Positions 1 through 9,970 of a stretch of 25,245 bases of DNA are shown here, in pieces; within the stretch, counting starts at the first letter, position 1, and each line of letters opens with the position of its first letter. The position numbers and the translations under genes were made by a program. Under the pieces are notes generated by a model. The model did not search any database and was not told the DNA's origin. It worked only from the letters and a program-made list of their open reading frames with translations. The stretch is from Macrostomum lignano (taxonomy: Eukaryota). The DNA is taken from the NCBI GenBank assembly GCA_002269645.1, contig NIVC01005133.1, positions 1 to 25,245 on the forward strand. Direction: 5' to 3'.

Positions 1-7
1 GAGGAAA

Positions 8-738
8 ATCTTACTATAGCTACTGCTGTATCGCTAAGTCCTCGACTATTCGTGCGCGATTTTAAGCCTGAACTAGAAATCCAAATGAATTCATTCATTA
101 GATCGTCATAACTATCAATATATCCCAAGCAGAAATATACCCTGCGCAACCAATTCTTGTAATATATTTTCTGATAGACAGTAGAGCTGATTGGAGACAC
201 ATCCCTTAGTGATTTTATTCGCGGGTCACTTAAGTTCTCAGAGTTGAGCAGCTTTAATATGAGAATATATAGTAATACTATTACTACAATAAAAGTTTTT
301 TACGATACCATTCTCAATACTGCTCGATTCTCTCAGGGGTTGCTGTGGCAGTAAAACAAACTGTTCAGCTAGAATTGCAACGGCACAGGATTCTGTGCTG
401 ACTAGGACTCAGGCAATGCCTCGTCTCTTTCATTCTTATATTTATGCTAAGACGGCTACTGCTATCTTACTATAGCTACTGCTGTATCGCTAAGTCCTCG
501 ACTATTCGTGCGCGATTTTAAGCCTGAACTACGATCCAAATGAATTCATTCATTAGATCGTCATAACTATCAATATATCCCAAGCAGAAATATACCCTGC
601 GCAACCAATTCTTGTAATATATTTTCTGATAGACAGTAGAGCTGATTGGAGACACATCCCTTAGTGATTTTATTCGCGGGTCACTTAAGTTCTCAGAGTT
701 GAGCAGCTTTAATATGAGAATATATAGTAATACTATTA
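8..738. repeat. Local segmental duplication: block A (8-283), block B (286-463), second copy of A (464-738)
   Basis: 8-283 and 464-738 are near-identical (differing at AGAAAT vs ACGAT). 286-463 matches 2949-3131. Confidence 0.95.
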
Positions 739-793
739 TTAGATTAATTGATTGAGTGCTTGTATGCGAACTTCAGAAAACAGACCTGCCTAA

Positions 794-1345
794 TCTCATA
801 AAAACCTCATAGTGCATCTCATAGTGAATCTCATAGTGAATCTCATAGTGAAGCTCATAGTGAATCTCATAGTTATTTTCATAGTGAATCCCATAGTGCA
901 TCTCATACTGAATCTCATAGTGAATCTCATAATGAATCATAATGAAACTCACAGTGAATCTTATAGTAAATCTCATAGTGCATCTCTTAGTAAATCTCAT
1001 ATTGAATCCCAAAGTGAATGTCATAGTGAGTCTCAAAGTGAATCTCATACTGAATCTCAAAATACATCTCACAGTGAATCTCATAGTGAATCTCATCGTC
1101 AATCTCATAGGAATCTCATAGTGAATCTCATAATGAGTCATAATGAAACTCACAGTGAATCTTATAGTTGAATCTCATAGTGAGTCTCAAAGTGAATCTC
1201 ATACTGAATCTCAAAATAAATCTCACAGTGAATCTCATAGTGAATCTCATAATGAATCATAATGAAACTCACAGTGAATCTCATAGTAAATCTCATATTA
1301 AATATCAAGTGAATCTCATAGTGAGTCTCAAAGTGAATCTTACAG
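794..1345. repeat. 12-bp minisatellite (CTCATAGTGAAT)n, degenerate, with recurring variant blocks
   Basis: Direct 12-bp periodicity. It generates the spurious MRFT/HYEI/SHSE ORFs. Confidence 0.97.
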
Positions 1346-1789
1346 CTAATCAGAACAGAATAACCCACTGGGCAGTCCATCTCCTGATAAAGATAATCCT
1401 ATTTCCACGCAAAGCTACGCAAAATCTGGCCTTCAAATCTCTTTTCTGTCTAAAAATCCATTTATATCATGTTCCAAAAATTAGGTTCTAATAGAAAAAT
1501 CTCATGTTATTATCTCCATATCTCTGCTATGCAAAGCCAATCTTAATACACTCGCTACATTCGTACAGAGAGAGGGGCGGGAGGCAGGGAGAGGACATGA
1601 AGGGGACAGCTAGGGCGATAAATGGATTGAAATTCGACACGAAGCAGAGAGGTCTGAGGCTGCTGAATTGAGGCAAGAGAGGAGAGAGACGAGAGACAGG
1701 TAGACTCCCCTTTTGTCCCAGCATTCTCCTATTTGGTTTCCTCCCGTGGGAATGGAGCAATATGAGCTTGGCTCATCTAGCAGACCTGA

Positions 1790-1930
1790 TTACGATCCGA
1801 CCGAGTTCCGTGTCGAGCACCTGCGGAGGAAATTACGCTGCTCATGAAAACAGGGGCATCTGTTCAATGTGTTCCGAATGCTGTGCAGCCGTTTAATTAG
1901 ACTTAGCCTGTTGCCGGGGCGCCTTTCAAT
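1790..1930 (-). CDS. Putative terminal coding exon (exon f) of the unidentified minus-strand gene: IERRPGNRLSLIKRLHSIRNTLNRCPCFHEQRNFLRRCSTRNSVGS*
   Basis: CAG acceptor at 1933-1931, phase 0 matching exon e, open to TAA at 1792-1790. An alternative in-frame acceptor would start the exon at 1948 and add NNVESQ. Confidence 0.65.
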   Translation of the reverse strand: MERRPGNRLSLIKRLHSIRNTLNRCPCFHEQRNFLRRCSTRNSVGS

Positions 1931-2029
1931 CTGGGATTCTACATTGTTCTGTATTTTGAGGCTGTGAGATTTTTCCTTTCATTGCACCCATTCTGAACAC
2001 CTCACATGGCGTCCTGATTATCTTATGCT

Positions 2030-2760
2030 CCCCTACACATCCTATGGCTAATCCCTACACATTCTATGGCTAATCCCTACACATCCTATGGCTAATCCCT
2101 ACACATTCTATGGCTAATCCCTACACATCCTATGGCTAATCCCTACACATTCTATGGCCAATCCTTACACATCCTATGGCTAATCCCTACAAATTCTATG
2201 GCTAATCCCTACACATCCTATGGCTAATCCCTACACATTCTATGGCTAATCCCTACACATCCTATGGCTAATCCCTACACATCCTATGGCTAATCCCTAC
2301 ACATTCTATGGCTAATCCCTACACATCCTATGGCTAATCCCTACACATTCTATGGCTAATCCCTACACATCCTATGGCTAATCCCTACAAATTCTATGGC
2401 TAATCCCTACACATCCTATGGCTAATCCCTACACATCCTATGGCTAATTCCTACACATTCTATGGCTAATCCCTACACATCCTATGGCTAATTCCTACAC
2501 ATTCTTTGGCTAATCCCTACACATTCTATGGCTAATCCCTACACATTCTATGGCTAATCCCTACACATCCTATGGCTAATCCCTACACATTCTATGGCTA
2601 ATCCCTACACATCCTATGGCTAATCCCTACACATTCTATGGCTAATCCCTACACATCCTATGGCTAATCCCTACACATCCTATGGCTAATTCCTACACAT
2701 CCTATGGCTAATCCCTACACATCCTATGGCTAATTCCTACACATTCTTTGGCTAATCCAC
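2030..2760. repeat. 22-bp minisatellite (CCTATGGCTAATCCCTACACAT)n, about 33 copies
   Basis: Clear 22-bp periodicity with C/T variant units. Confidence 0.98.
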
Positions 2761-2948
2761 ACGTCCTATCGCACCCCTCTAGCGTCCCCACCTCAACTAC
2801 ACGCAGATGTGTAACTTAAATATGTGCGTAGGTCCATCTAGTATTATATAATTATTTCAAACATATTCAATAAACAAGTAGTATTAGTGCGTTGGAAAAA
2901 ACAAGAACAAAAGTTTAGAATGCCTGTTTTTATCTCGTTTTATCCAGG

Positions 2949-3131
2949 ACAATAAAAAATGTTTTTTTACGATACCATTCTCAATACTGCTCGATTCTCT
3001 CAGGGGGTTGCTGTGGCAGTAAAACAAACTGTTCAGCTAGAATTGCAACGGCTCAGGATTCTGTGCTGACTAGGACCCAGGCAATGCTTCGTCTCTTTCA
3101 TTCTTATATTTATGCTAAGACGGCTACTGCT
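2949..3131. repeat. Second copy of block B (matches 286-463)
   Basis: Near identity, with about 3 substitutions and small homopolymer-length differences. Confidence 0.95.
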
Positions 3132-3223
3132 CCTAAGGGAGTAAAGGACATAATTTTTACGTCAATGCTTTGTGACTTCTAGCAAAACACTTTTAGTGAT
3201 TCGGCAGGCTACACATACTCTTC

Positions 3224-3660
3224 GGGATGCTTCACTTGACGTTATTACACTCCTAGATGCTTCAAGTGACGTCACTGCTCTCCCAGATGCTTCAAGTGAC
3301 GTCACTGCTCTCCCAGATGCTTCAAGTGACGTCACTGCTCTCCCAGATGCTTCAAGTGACGTCACTTCTCTCCCATATGCTTCCAGTGACATCTCTTCTC
3401 TCCCAGATACTTCAAGTGACGTCACTGCTCTCCCAGATGCTTCAAGTGACGTCACTGCATTCCCATATGCTTCCAGTGACATTTCTTCTCTCCCAGATAC
3501 TTCAAGTGACGTCACTGCTCTCCCAGATGCTTTAAATAACATCACTGCTCTCACAGATGATTCAAGTGACGTGACGTCACAAATACCCCAAATGCTGCAA
3601 GTGACGTCACTACTCTCCTAGATGCTCCAGTCAATGTCAATACCTTCGGAGATGCTTCAA
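3224..3660. repeat. 30-bp minisatellite (GATGCTTCAAGTGACGTCACTGCTCTCCCA)n carrying the palindrome AGTGACGTCACT
   Basis: 30-bp periodicity. Nine exact TGACGTCA octamers counted between 3267 and 3609. It lies in the predicted last intron. Confidence 0.95.
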
Positions 3661-3733
3661 CACAAGCGCCACACTTCCCTACACCGGTAGAATAAGGATA
3701 GAGTACTAATTACCAGCAATTTCCGCCACAAAC

Positions 3734-3850
3734 CTTGGAATTGTAGATGGCCGCCCGTCGACCCCTTCGATGGAGGTTCTCCTTGGTGGGCTCGGTCTCC
3801 TGATCCTCATTGTCGCTGGTCAGACTCGCTGAACTGCCGTGTCTTTTGAT
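3734..3850 (-). CDS. Internal coding exon e (39 aa): IKRHGSSASLTSDNEDQETEPTKENLHRRGRRAAIYNSK
   Basis: ttttcag acceptor, AAG|GTTTGT donor, 117 nt, phase 0/0, open frame that joins exons d and f in frame. Confidence 0.8.
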
Positions 3851-4090
3851 CTGAAAATGTTGTATTGTAATTGATATTGACTAGTTATTGATAGAATAAA
3901 TTGATCAACTACGCTCGTAGTTTGTTTTAACTGACTGATTGAAGCAAAAATTCAAATACTTCACCAAAGTTTTCACAAAACCTTTAACGGTAAATGCTAG
4001 TTTAAGAAAATTTATGACCACACAATTCCTTACTGTTAGGATGACGTATTCAACCTGGTTGATTCTCGTCTCTCGAAAACGTGCCAACTG

Positions 4091-4396
4091 ATTATTAATA
4101 ATAATAATAAGAATAATTAATACTAATGGGCAGATGTGCAACCGACAGCTCAGCCGCAGCTATTGCTCGGCGCATCTGAAGGCTGTGTACGGCTGTTCAG
4201 TCCAAGGACTGGGGGGTCGCCACACACACCCTCAATTACCCCAGCTAATGCTGGCACCCATTTTACAGCTGGGTGAACTGAAGCAATGCAGAGTCGAGTG
4301 TCTTGCTCAAGGACACAAATTGTTCCAAGTGTGTCGAGAATCGAACCCCGACCTTTCAGTCATGTGTCCGACGCTCTGAACACTGGGCTAACATGC
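4091..4396 (-). mobile_element. tRNA-derived SINE with CORE-like central domain, near full length
   Basis: Minus strand shows A-box-like TAGCCCAGTGT (4390-4380) and B-box GGTTCGATTC (4347-4338). The central GTGTCCTTGAGCAAGACACT...CAGCTGTAAAATGGG resembles the MIR/CORE-SINE core. It ends in an (ATT)n tail. A second copy is at 5298-5570. Confidence 0.85.
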
Positions 4397-4527
4397 GGGT
4401 CGGGATTTCTCTGCTACGGTTCTCAGCTTTTGTTTTAATAATGCTTGGATTTGAATTGCTAAAGTTGATTTGAACTTAATATAAATATTAATCTTAATCC
4501 CAATCTTATAGCCATTATCAACCTTAA

Positions 4528-4660
4528 GGTCAATCTCATAGGCAGTTTCAGAGTCAATCTCACAGTCAATCTCATAGTAATCTCATAGTCAATCTTATAG
4601 TCAATCTCATAGTCAATCTCATCGTCAATCTCACAGTTAGTCTCAGCGTCAATCTCAATA
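4528..4660. repeat. 12-bp minisatellite (CTCATAGTCAAT)n, a one-base variant of the 794-1345 unit
   Basis: 12-bp periodicity immediately downstream of the exon d donor. Confidence 0.9.
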
Positions 4661-4707
4661 TTATAGGTAACATCCCTCATGCTCAATCTGATTCATAAGC
4701 AATTTAC

Positions 4708-4872
4708 CGTCTGCACGAGAGGCCGCAGTTTGTCAGCAAAAACCTGAGCACTGCAGGTGTTCGTCCGCTTTAGCAGACGAAACCTGTTCGATCCCGGGCT
4801 TGATGCCGCGGACTGGGCTTGCTGACGAGCCTGTAACTGCTGTAAGCGTTGATGCAGCTGCTGCTGCTGATC
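4708..4872 (-). CDS. Internal coding exon d (55 aa), Gln-rich: DQQQQLHQRLQQLQARQQAQSAASSPGSNRFRLLKRTNTCSAQVFADKLRPLVQT
   Basis: aaatcag acceptor, ACG|GTAAAT donor, 165 nt, phase 0/0, in frame with exon e. Confidence 0.75.
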
Positions 4873-4912
4873 CTGATTTGAGGTCATAATTTAAGGGTTA
4901 AAAATCCTTTAC

Positions 4913-5090
4913 AGAAGCATGGGATTATTATGCTTCCAAGTAGTTGCTAAGGGGAAAGTATTGAACGATGCAAAAGGATTTGGCTGCCTCTGATCCTTTG
5001 GCGGTTTTTGTCTCTCGCTTTTTTCGAGTCTCGTGGCATCCCGCCATCCAATCCGAGTGGCCTGAGGCTGCGGTAGCCAGTCAGCCTTAT
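4913..5090 (-). CDS. Putative coding exon c: (D)KADWLPQPQATRIGWRDATRLEKSERQKPPKDQRQPNPFASFNTFPLATTWKHNNP...
   Basis: aaactcag acceptor in phase 1 matches the exon b donor, and the frame is open. The CT|GTAAAG donor is phase 2 as written, so one extra base (e.g. CCC to CCCC at 4921-4923) is needed to join exon d. Otherwise the frame ends at TAA 4911-4909. Confidence 0.5.
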
Positions 5091-5297
5091 CTGAGTTTCA
5101 GGTCATGCAAATCATGCAGTTTGCGTATGCACTTCTTGGTCTGGGCTCATCATTCTTTAGCTCAGTTTGAAGTCGGGTTTGAAGATTTCAGAAACCGATT
5201 GTTAATGCCGTTAATTCTTAGAAAAGTAATTTCACTTACATTTTTCTCAATATACTTTCCATGTTCTACATTTGGTTCATTGGATCTTTCTACATTG

Positions 5298-5570
5298 GAA
5301 GGTCGGGGGTTCGATTCTTGACCCAATCGGAACAATTTGTGTCCTTGAGCAAGACACTTAACTCTGCATTGCTTCAGTTCAAGCAGCTGTAAAATGGGTG
5401 CCAGCATTAGCTGGGGTAATTGAGGGTGTGTGGCGACCCCCCAGTCCTTGGACTGAACAGCCGTACGCAGCCTTCAGATGCGCCGCGCAATAGCTGCGGC
5501 TGAGCTGTCGGTTGCACATCTGGCCATTAAGGCAGGTGTAATCAATTCCTATTATTATTGATATTATAAT
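5298..5570 (+). mobile_element. Second, 5'-truncated copy of the same tRNA/CORE-like SINE, in opposite orientation
   Basis: Reverse-complement match over about 230 bp to 4125-4357, roughly 93-95% by eye. It keeps the B-box GGTTCGATTC, lacks the A-box and has an ATT-rich tail. Confidence 0.85.
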
Positions 5571-6276
5571 CGCATTGTTCAAATGACAAACTAAATTTTC
5601 AACATCATATCCTGACGTTGCTAAGCGTTTCAATATCTCTTAGCGTCATAATCCAGGGTAAGTCTCGGTCAGTCATGCGAATTTCTTGAATTTCTTGCGT
5701 TTTGAGCAAACAAGACTTAAAGATATTTGAGCAGTGAATGAACACACTGGTGCAACACTCCTGAGCTCCTGAGCACATGCAAGTTAGTTTTTAACTCTTA
5801 TAAGCTGCTCGCTACTGAAGACCCTGAATCATATGCAGCGCTGTTTCATTTGAGCCATTCGCTTCCTCCTCATTAGAAGCTCAACACACCGCAGGAAGCC
5901 GCTCAGCAAAGCTAGGTAATTAGTTAATTGACACAAAGGATCCTCTGTTTTGAACAGGTACCCCTCTGCCTCTAGCTACATTCTCAATTCTGTCTGCCTT
6001 CCTTTGTCATTCGATTGACCAAGCTCTGGGACTCGAATGGCAGGCCTCTCTATGCGCGCTTTGATCTGCGCTTTTGAACTTCATATTCTTCATATTCTAT
6101 TTAACCCTTCATCGCTGTTCTGCTTCGATCTCTATTTCACGTTTTACCTTGGCTAAATGTATTCGATTAGAATTTAATGCATTTTAGTCTATCTATCATG
6201 GGATTTTTTATGTGGTTTTAAAGATTTTTCGCTTAAAATCTGCATCGAAGAATTGAAAAAAGAACTAAAAAGGCAC

Positions 6277-6470
6277 CCTCACTGAGTAGCACCCTCGTTG
6301 AGTAGCAGCCTTCACTGAGTAACACTCCTCGCTGAGTAACACTCCTCACTGAGTAACACTCCTCACTGAGTAACACTCTCACTGAGTAACACTCCTCACT
6401 GAGTAACACTCCTCACTGAGTAACACTCCTCACTGAGTAACACTCCTCACTGAGTAACGCCCCTCACCGA
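6277..6470. repeat. 17/16-bp minisatellite (CTCACTGAGTAACACTC)n
   Basis: Direct periodicity. Same family as 7578-8185. Confidence 0.95.
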
Positions 6471-6734
6471 GAAATATCAGACAAACTTTCAGACACTACA
6501 ATTACACAGCTCTACTAACAGTAGTCATTCTGTTGCAGCAAGCATTACTCACGGGAAATCGAAAGCTGGGGACTTGCAAAGTGACGCACTGGCGGCCCGA
6601 GCTGATCTGTAGAGGCGAACTAGAATCTGAGGTGTTCATTGCTGCAGAAATAAACGGTTTGTTTATTGCAGCCCATACATGGGACTGAAAGATTTTAAAA
6701 TTAATCTACATCACCGTACACACCCTCTCTACAT

Positions 6735-7060
6735 CCAACCACACCTCACAACTCCCGCTCCTCACAATACCTCCTCATAACACCCACCCCTCACAACACC
6801 CACCCCTTACAACACCCACCCCTCACAACACCCACCCCTCACAACAACCGCTCCTCTCAACACCCACCCCTCACAACACCCACCCCTCACAACACCCACT
6901 CCTCACAACACCCACCCCTCACAACACCCACCCCTCACAACACCCACCCCTCACAACACCCACCCCTCACAACACCCACCCCTCACAACACCCACCCCTC
7001 ACAACACCCACCCCTCACAACATCCACCCCTCACAACACCACCCCTCACAACACCCACCC
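6735..7060. repeat. 16-bp C-rich minisatellite (CCTCACAACACCCACC)n, G-rich on the - strand
   Basis: 16-bp periodicity ending about 20 nt from the exon b donor. Confidence 0.96.
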
Positions 7061-7081
7061 GGCCAGCCATAAAAAACCCAC

Positions 7082-7497
7082 CAGTTCTCCTCAGCCCGAC
7101 CCCGGACGGTACATCTCGAGCCCAGGGCACCGGTGAAATGGCCGGCGACACCAGGACATCCTCGCGATCTTGCGAATGCTCCCCCGTTCCTCTTCTCCGA
7201 CCGACGCTTAGGCGGCTGCCGTCGCCTTCTGCATCGCCGCCGGCAGTATCGGCAGCTTCGGGAAAGCAGAAAAACTCGTTCATAATATCGTCATCATCAT
7301 CTTGGTCGTCAATGTCTGGATCTTCTTCTTCGACAGCCTGTTGCTTCTCCAGTGGCAACTTCAACTTGTGCCGTCTGGCTGCTACACTGAAGGCACGGCC
7401 AGGCTGCCCCGGCTGGGTGCCACCGGCAGTTGGCGGAGACAGCTGCTGCTCCAGGCGCTGCTGCTGCCTCTGAGTCTGCGTCGAAGAGCTGTCGCAC
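7082..7497 (-). CDS. Internal coding exon b: CDSSSTQTQRQQQRLEQQLSPP...EEEDPDIDDQDDDDDIMNEFFCF...GVGLRRT; disordered and acidic
   Basis: caaccatcag acceptor, ACTG|GTGGGT donor, 416 nt open frame. The entry phase completes the CG| codon left by exon a. It is a GC/CpG-rich island amid repeats. Confidence 0.82.
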
Positions 7498-7577
7498 CTG
7501 ATGGTTGAGAAGTGTCGGTCAACTATATTGATCGATATCAATATGATAAACGTTTAATTTGTCAGTTATATAAAATT

Positions 7578-8185
7578 CACTAAGTAACACTCTCACTGAG
7601 TAACACTCTCACTGAGTAACACTCTCACTGAGTAACTCTCACTGAGTAACTCTCTCACTGAGTAACACTCCTCACTGAGTAACACTCTCACTGAGTAACT
7701 CTCTCACTGAGAAACACTCCTCACTGAGTAACTCTCTCACTGAGAAACACTCCTCACTGAGTAACACTCTCACTGAGAAACACTCCTCACTGAGTAACTC
7801 TCTCACTGAGAAACACTCCTCACTGAGTAACTCTCTCACTGAGAAACACTCCTCACTGAGTAACACTCCTCACTGAGTAACACTCTCACTGAGTAACACT
7901 CTCACTGAGTAACACTCTCACTGAGTAACACTCTCACTGAGTAACACTCTCACTGAGTAACACTCTCACTGAGTAACACTCTCACTGAGTAACACTCTCA
8001 CTGAGTAACACTCTCACTGAGTAACTCTCTCACTGAGTAACACTCTCACTGAGTAACACTCTCACTGAGTAACTCTCTCACTGAGTAACACTCTCACTGA
8101 GTAACTCTCTCACTGAGTAACACTCTCACTGAGTAACACTCTCACTGAGTAACACTCTCACTGAGTAACACTCCTTACTGAGTAA
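7578..8185. repeat. 16-bp (14-17 bp variants) minisatellite (CTCACTGAGTAACACT)n
   Basis: Direct periodicity. It is the source of the spurious LLSEECFSV ORF. Confidence 0.97.
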
Positions 8186-9677
8186 ACGCTATTTTCAAAA
8201 ATTCTATCCTAATAAATGCTAAATTGTTGGAAAAATTTAAAAAAAAAATATGCAAGACATTTTTTGCAAAAATAATACAACTGGTAAGCGCTTATTCTTC
8301 GAGTTTGTAACAAAACTTATTTATATACAAACGTAATTTAATACAGATTTATCGAGCCTCATTGAAATTATTTACCTTCCTAATTTGATCGCATAATTGT
8401 TCTCCATGGAGCAGTCCAGATTGTTGGTCAAATATTCTTAAGGCATAAGGCAATTCAACACTGGTCAATTCCAGTCATCGAATCTCCCTCACTTATCCTA
8501 ACTTTCTTTAGCAGATAATGAAGCAATTCTGAACTTCCTTCTGTGAGCATATTTATGCAACAGGACTCGGCACTCCCCTTCCCCAGCCTCCCTTGTCCTT
8601 CATCCCCTGCCTCTGTTTCCCTCTGTTCTAGCTGTTTTCGGAATCTTTGAAAGAGGCTAAAAGAGATGCAGGACAGGTACAGAGAGGCTTGGAGACTGTC
8701 ATTACAGACTTCTCAGAGCACTCTCTAGTAATACACAAGTAGCAGAGGCGCTCGTGCAGACAGGCATTGCAAGGGCCGGAGCTTGCAATCACCTGCAACG
8801 TCACTAAAAGGAGCCGAGAGAGGGGGAGGTAAGGGAAAGCCTAACAAATAAGGCGCAGAGAAAAAGATCCTGCGGACACAGAATAATAAGATTTCTAAGA
8901 TTTTTGAGGATATGCTTGTCTCATGAGCAGGGCTTGCGGCAAAGTGAAGATTTCTTGTGTATCGGTTATTATTTTTGTTAGCCTACAAAGAGGCCTATAC
9001 AGAAGAGTACCTGCTTTCCCCGCCGACTTAATATGGTTCTAGCTGTTTGAGTCGAATCGAATACTTTGTATGCATTGCAGGCCAATTTGTCTCTATTCGA
9101 TATTGTCTTCGTACGCAAAACTGGGATTCAATGTGATTTCGTCCTTTATTCCTGCGGAGATAGGAAAGTTTTCATTTTTCAGTACAAAAATTGTTAGTGC
9201 TCATTGATTTTATAAATCTATTTTGTCATTCTCAGCTGACTATGTAGCAATCTCGTACTAATACATGTAACAGACGACGATAAAATAGATTCATAAAACC
9301 GACGAGTCGAGATGTGCCATGCATTTTTATGATTTTTAGGTGCAAGACATGTACGTAGAATAAAAATATTAACATACTCGTAGAATCCTAATTTTCAAAA
9401 AGAAAAGCTTTATGAATATCAATTGACAATAAAGCTATAATAAGAAAGGCGCAACATATCAAAAGATGAACACTACCGGTAGGGTCTGCTTCGTATCGAA
9501 AGCAATAACAATTTTTTAAGCTGAAAAATTAAAATTTCCATCTCCATTTTTGTGTATTTTTTCGGAAACAACCTGCCTCCTAAACATTTTCCAAGAAACG
9601 AGGTTCCCCGTCCTAGTTGAGTAGTCCTTGATCAGATCATTGAAAAAATCAGCTTACTTATAATTAACCACTCAAAG

Positions 9678-9950
9678 TCACTCATAAACTCACTCATAAA
9701 CTCACTCACAAACTCACTCATAAACTTACTCATAAACTCACTCATAAACTCACTCATAAACTCACTCATAAACTCACTCATAAACTCACTCATAAACTCA
9801 TTCATAAACTCATTCATAAACTTACACATAAACTCACTCATAAATTCACTCATAAACTCACTCATAAACTCACTCATAAACTCATAAACTTACACATAAA
9901 CTCACTCATAAACTCATAAACTTACACATAAACTCACTCATAAACTCATT
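9678..9950. repeat. 12-bp minisatellite (CTCACTCATAAA)n
   Basis: Direct periodicity adjoining the exon a donor. It is the source of the spurious MSEF ORF. Confidence 0.97.
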
Positions 9951-9970
9951 TATTAAAATCGCTCACTCAC

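Noticed and set aside
383-405. GCACAG-GATT-CTGTGC hairpin followed by CTAG as a Helitron 3' end
   Set aside because: Only 3 nt separate the hairpin from CTAG, homology continues past it in both copies, and the stem is broken in the second copy.
773-1491. ORFs with MRFT/HYEI/NLIV/SHSE repeats
   Set aside because: Translations of the 12-bp minisatellite, open in several frames on both strands.
3162-3621. Mucin-like DASSDVTALP repeat ORF
   Set aside because: A 30-bp unit without stops is open in multiple frames. It lies in a predicted intron and has no signal peptide or splice support.
4338-4390. tRNA gene suggested by A and B boxes
   Set aside because: No cloverleaf or acceptor stem. It continues into a CORE-like body and AT-rich tail, so it is a SINE head.
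4968-5633. ORFs at 4134-4379, 4968-5321, 5162-5407 and 5379-5633
   Set aside because: They are translations of SINE sequence or antisense to exon c.
7138-7508. Plus-strand ORFs at 7138-7508 (and similarly 10046-10324)
   Set aside because: Antisense shadows of GC-rich minus-strand exons, with no splice support.
8560-8880. Cys-rich minus-strand frame and splice-like sites as an extra exon
   Set aside because: Exons a and b already join in phase, and the phase-compatible readings hit stops.
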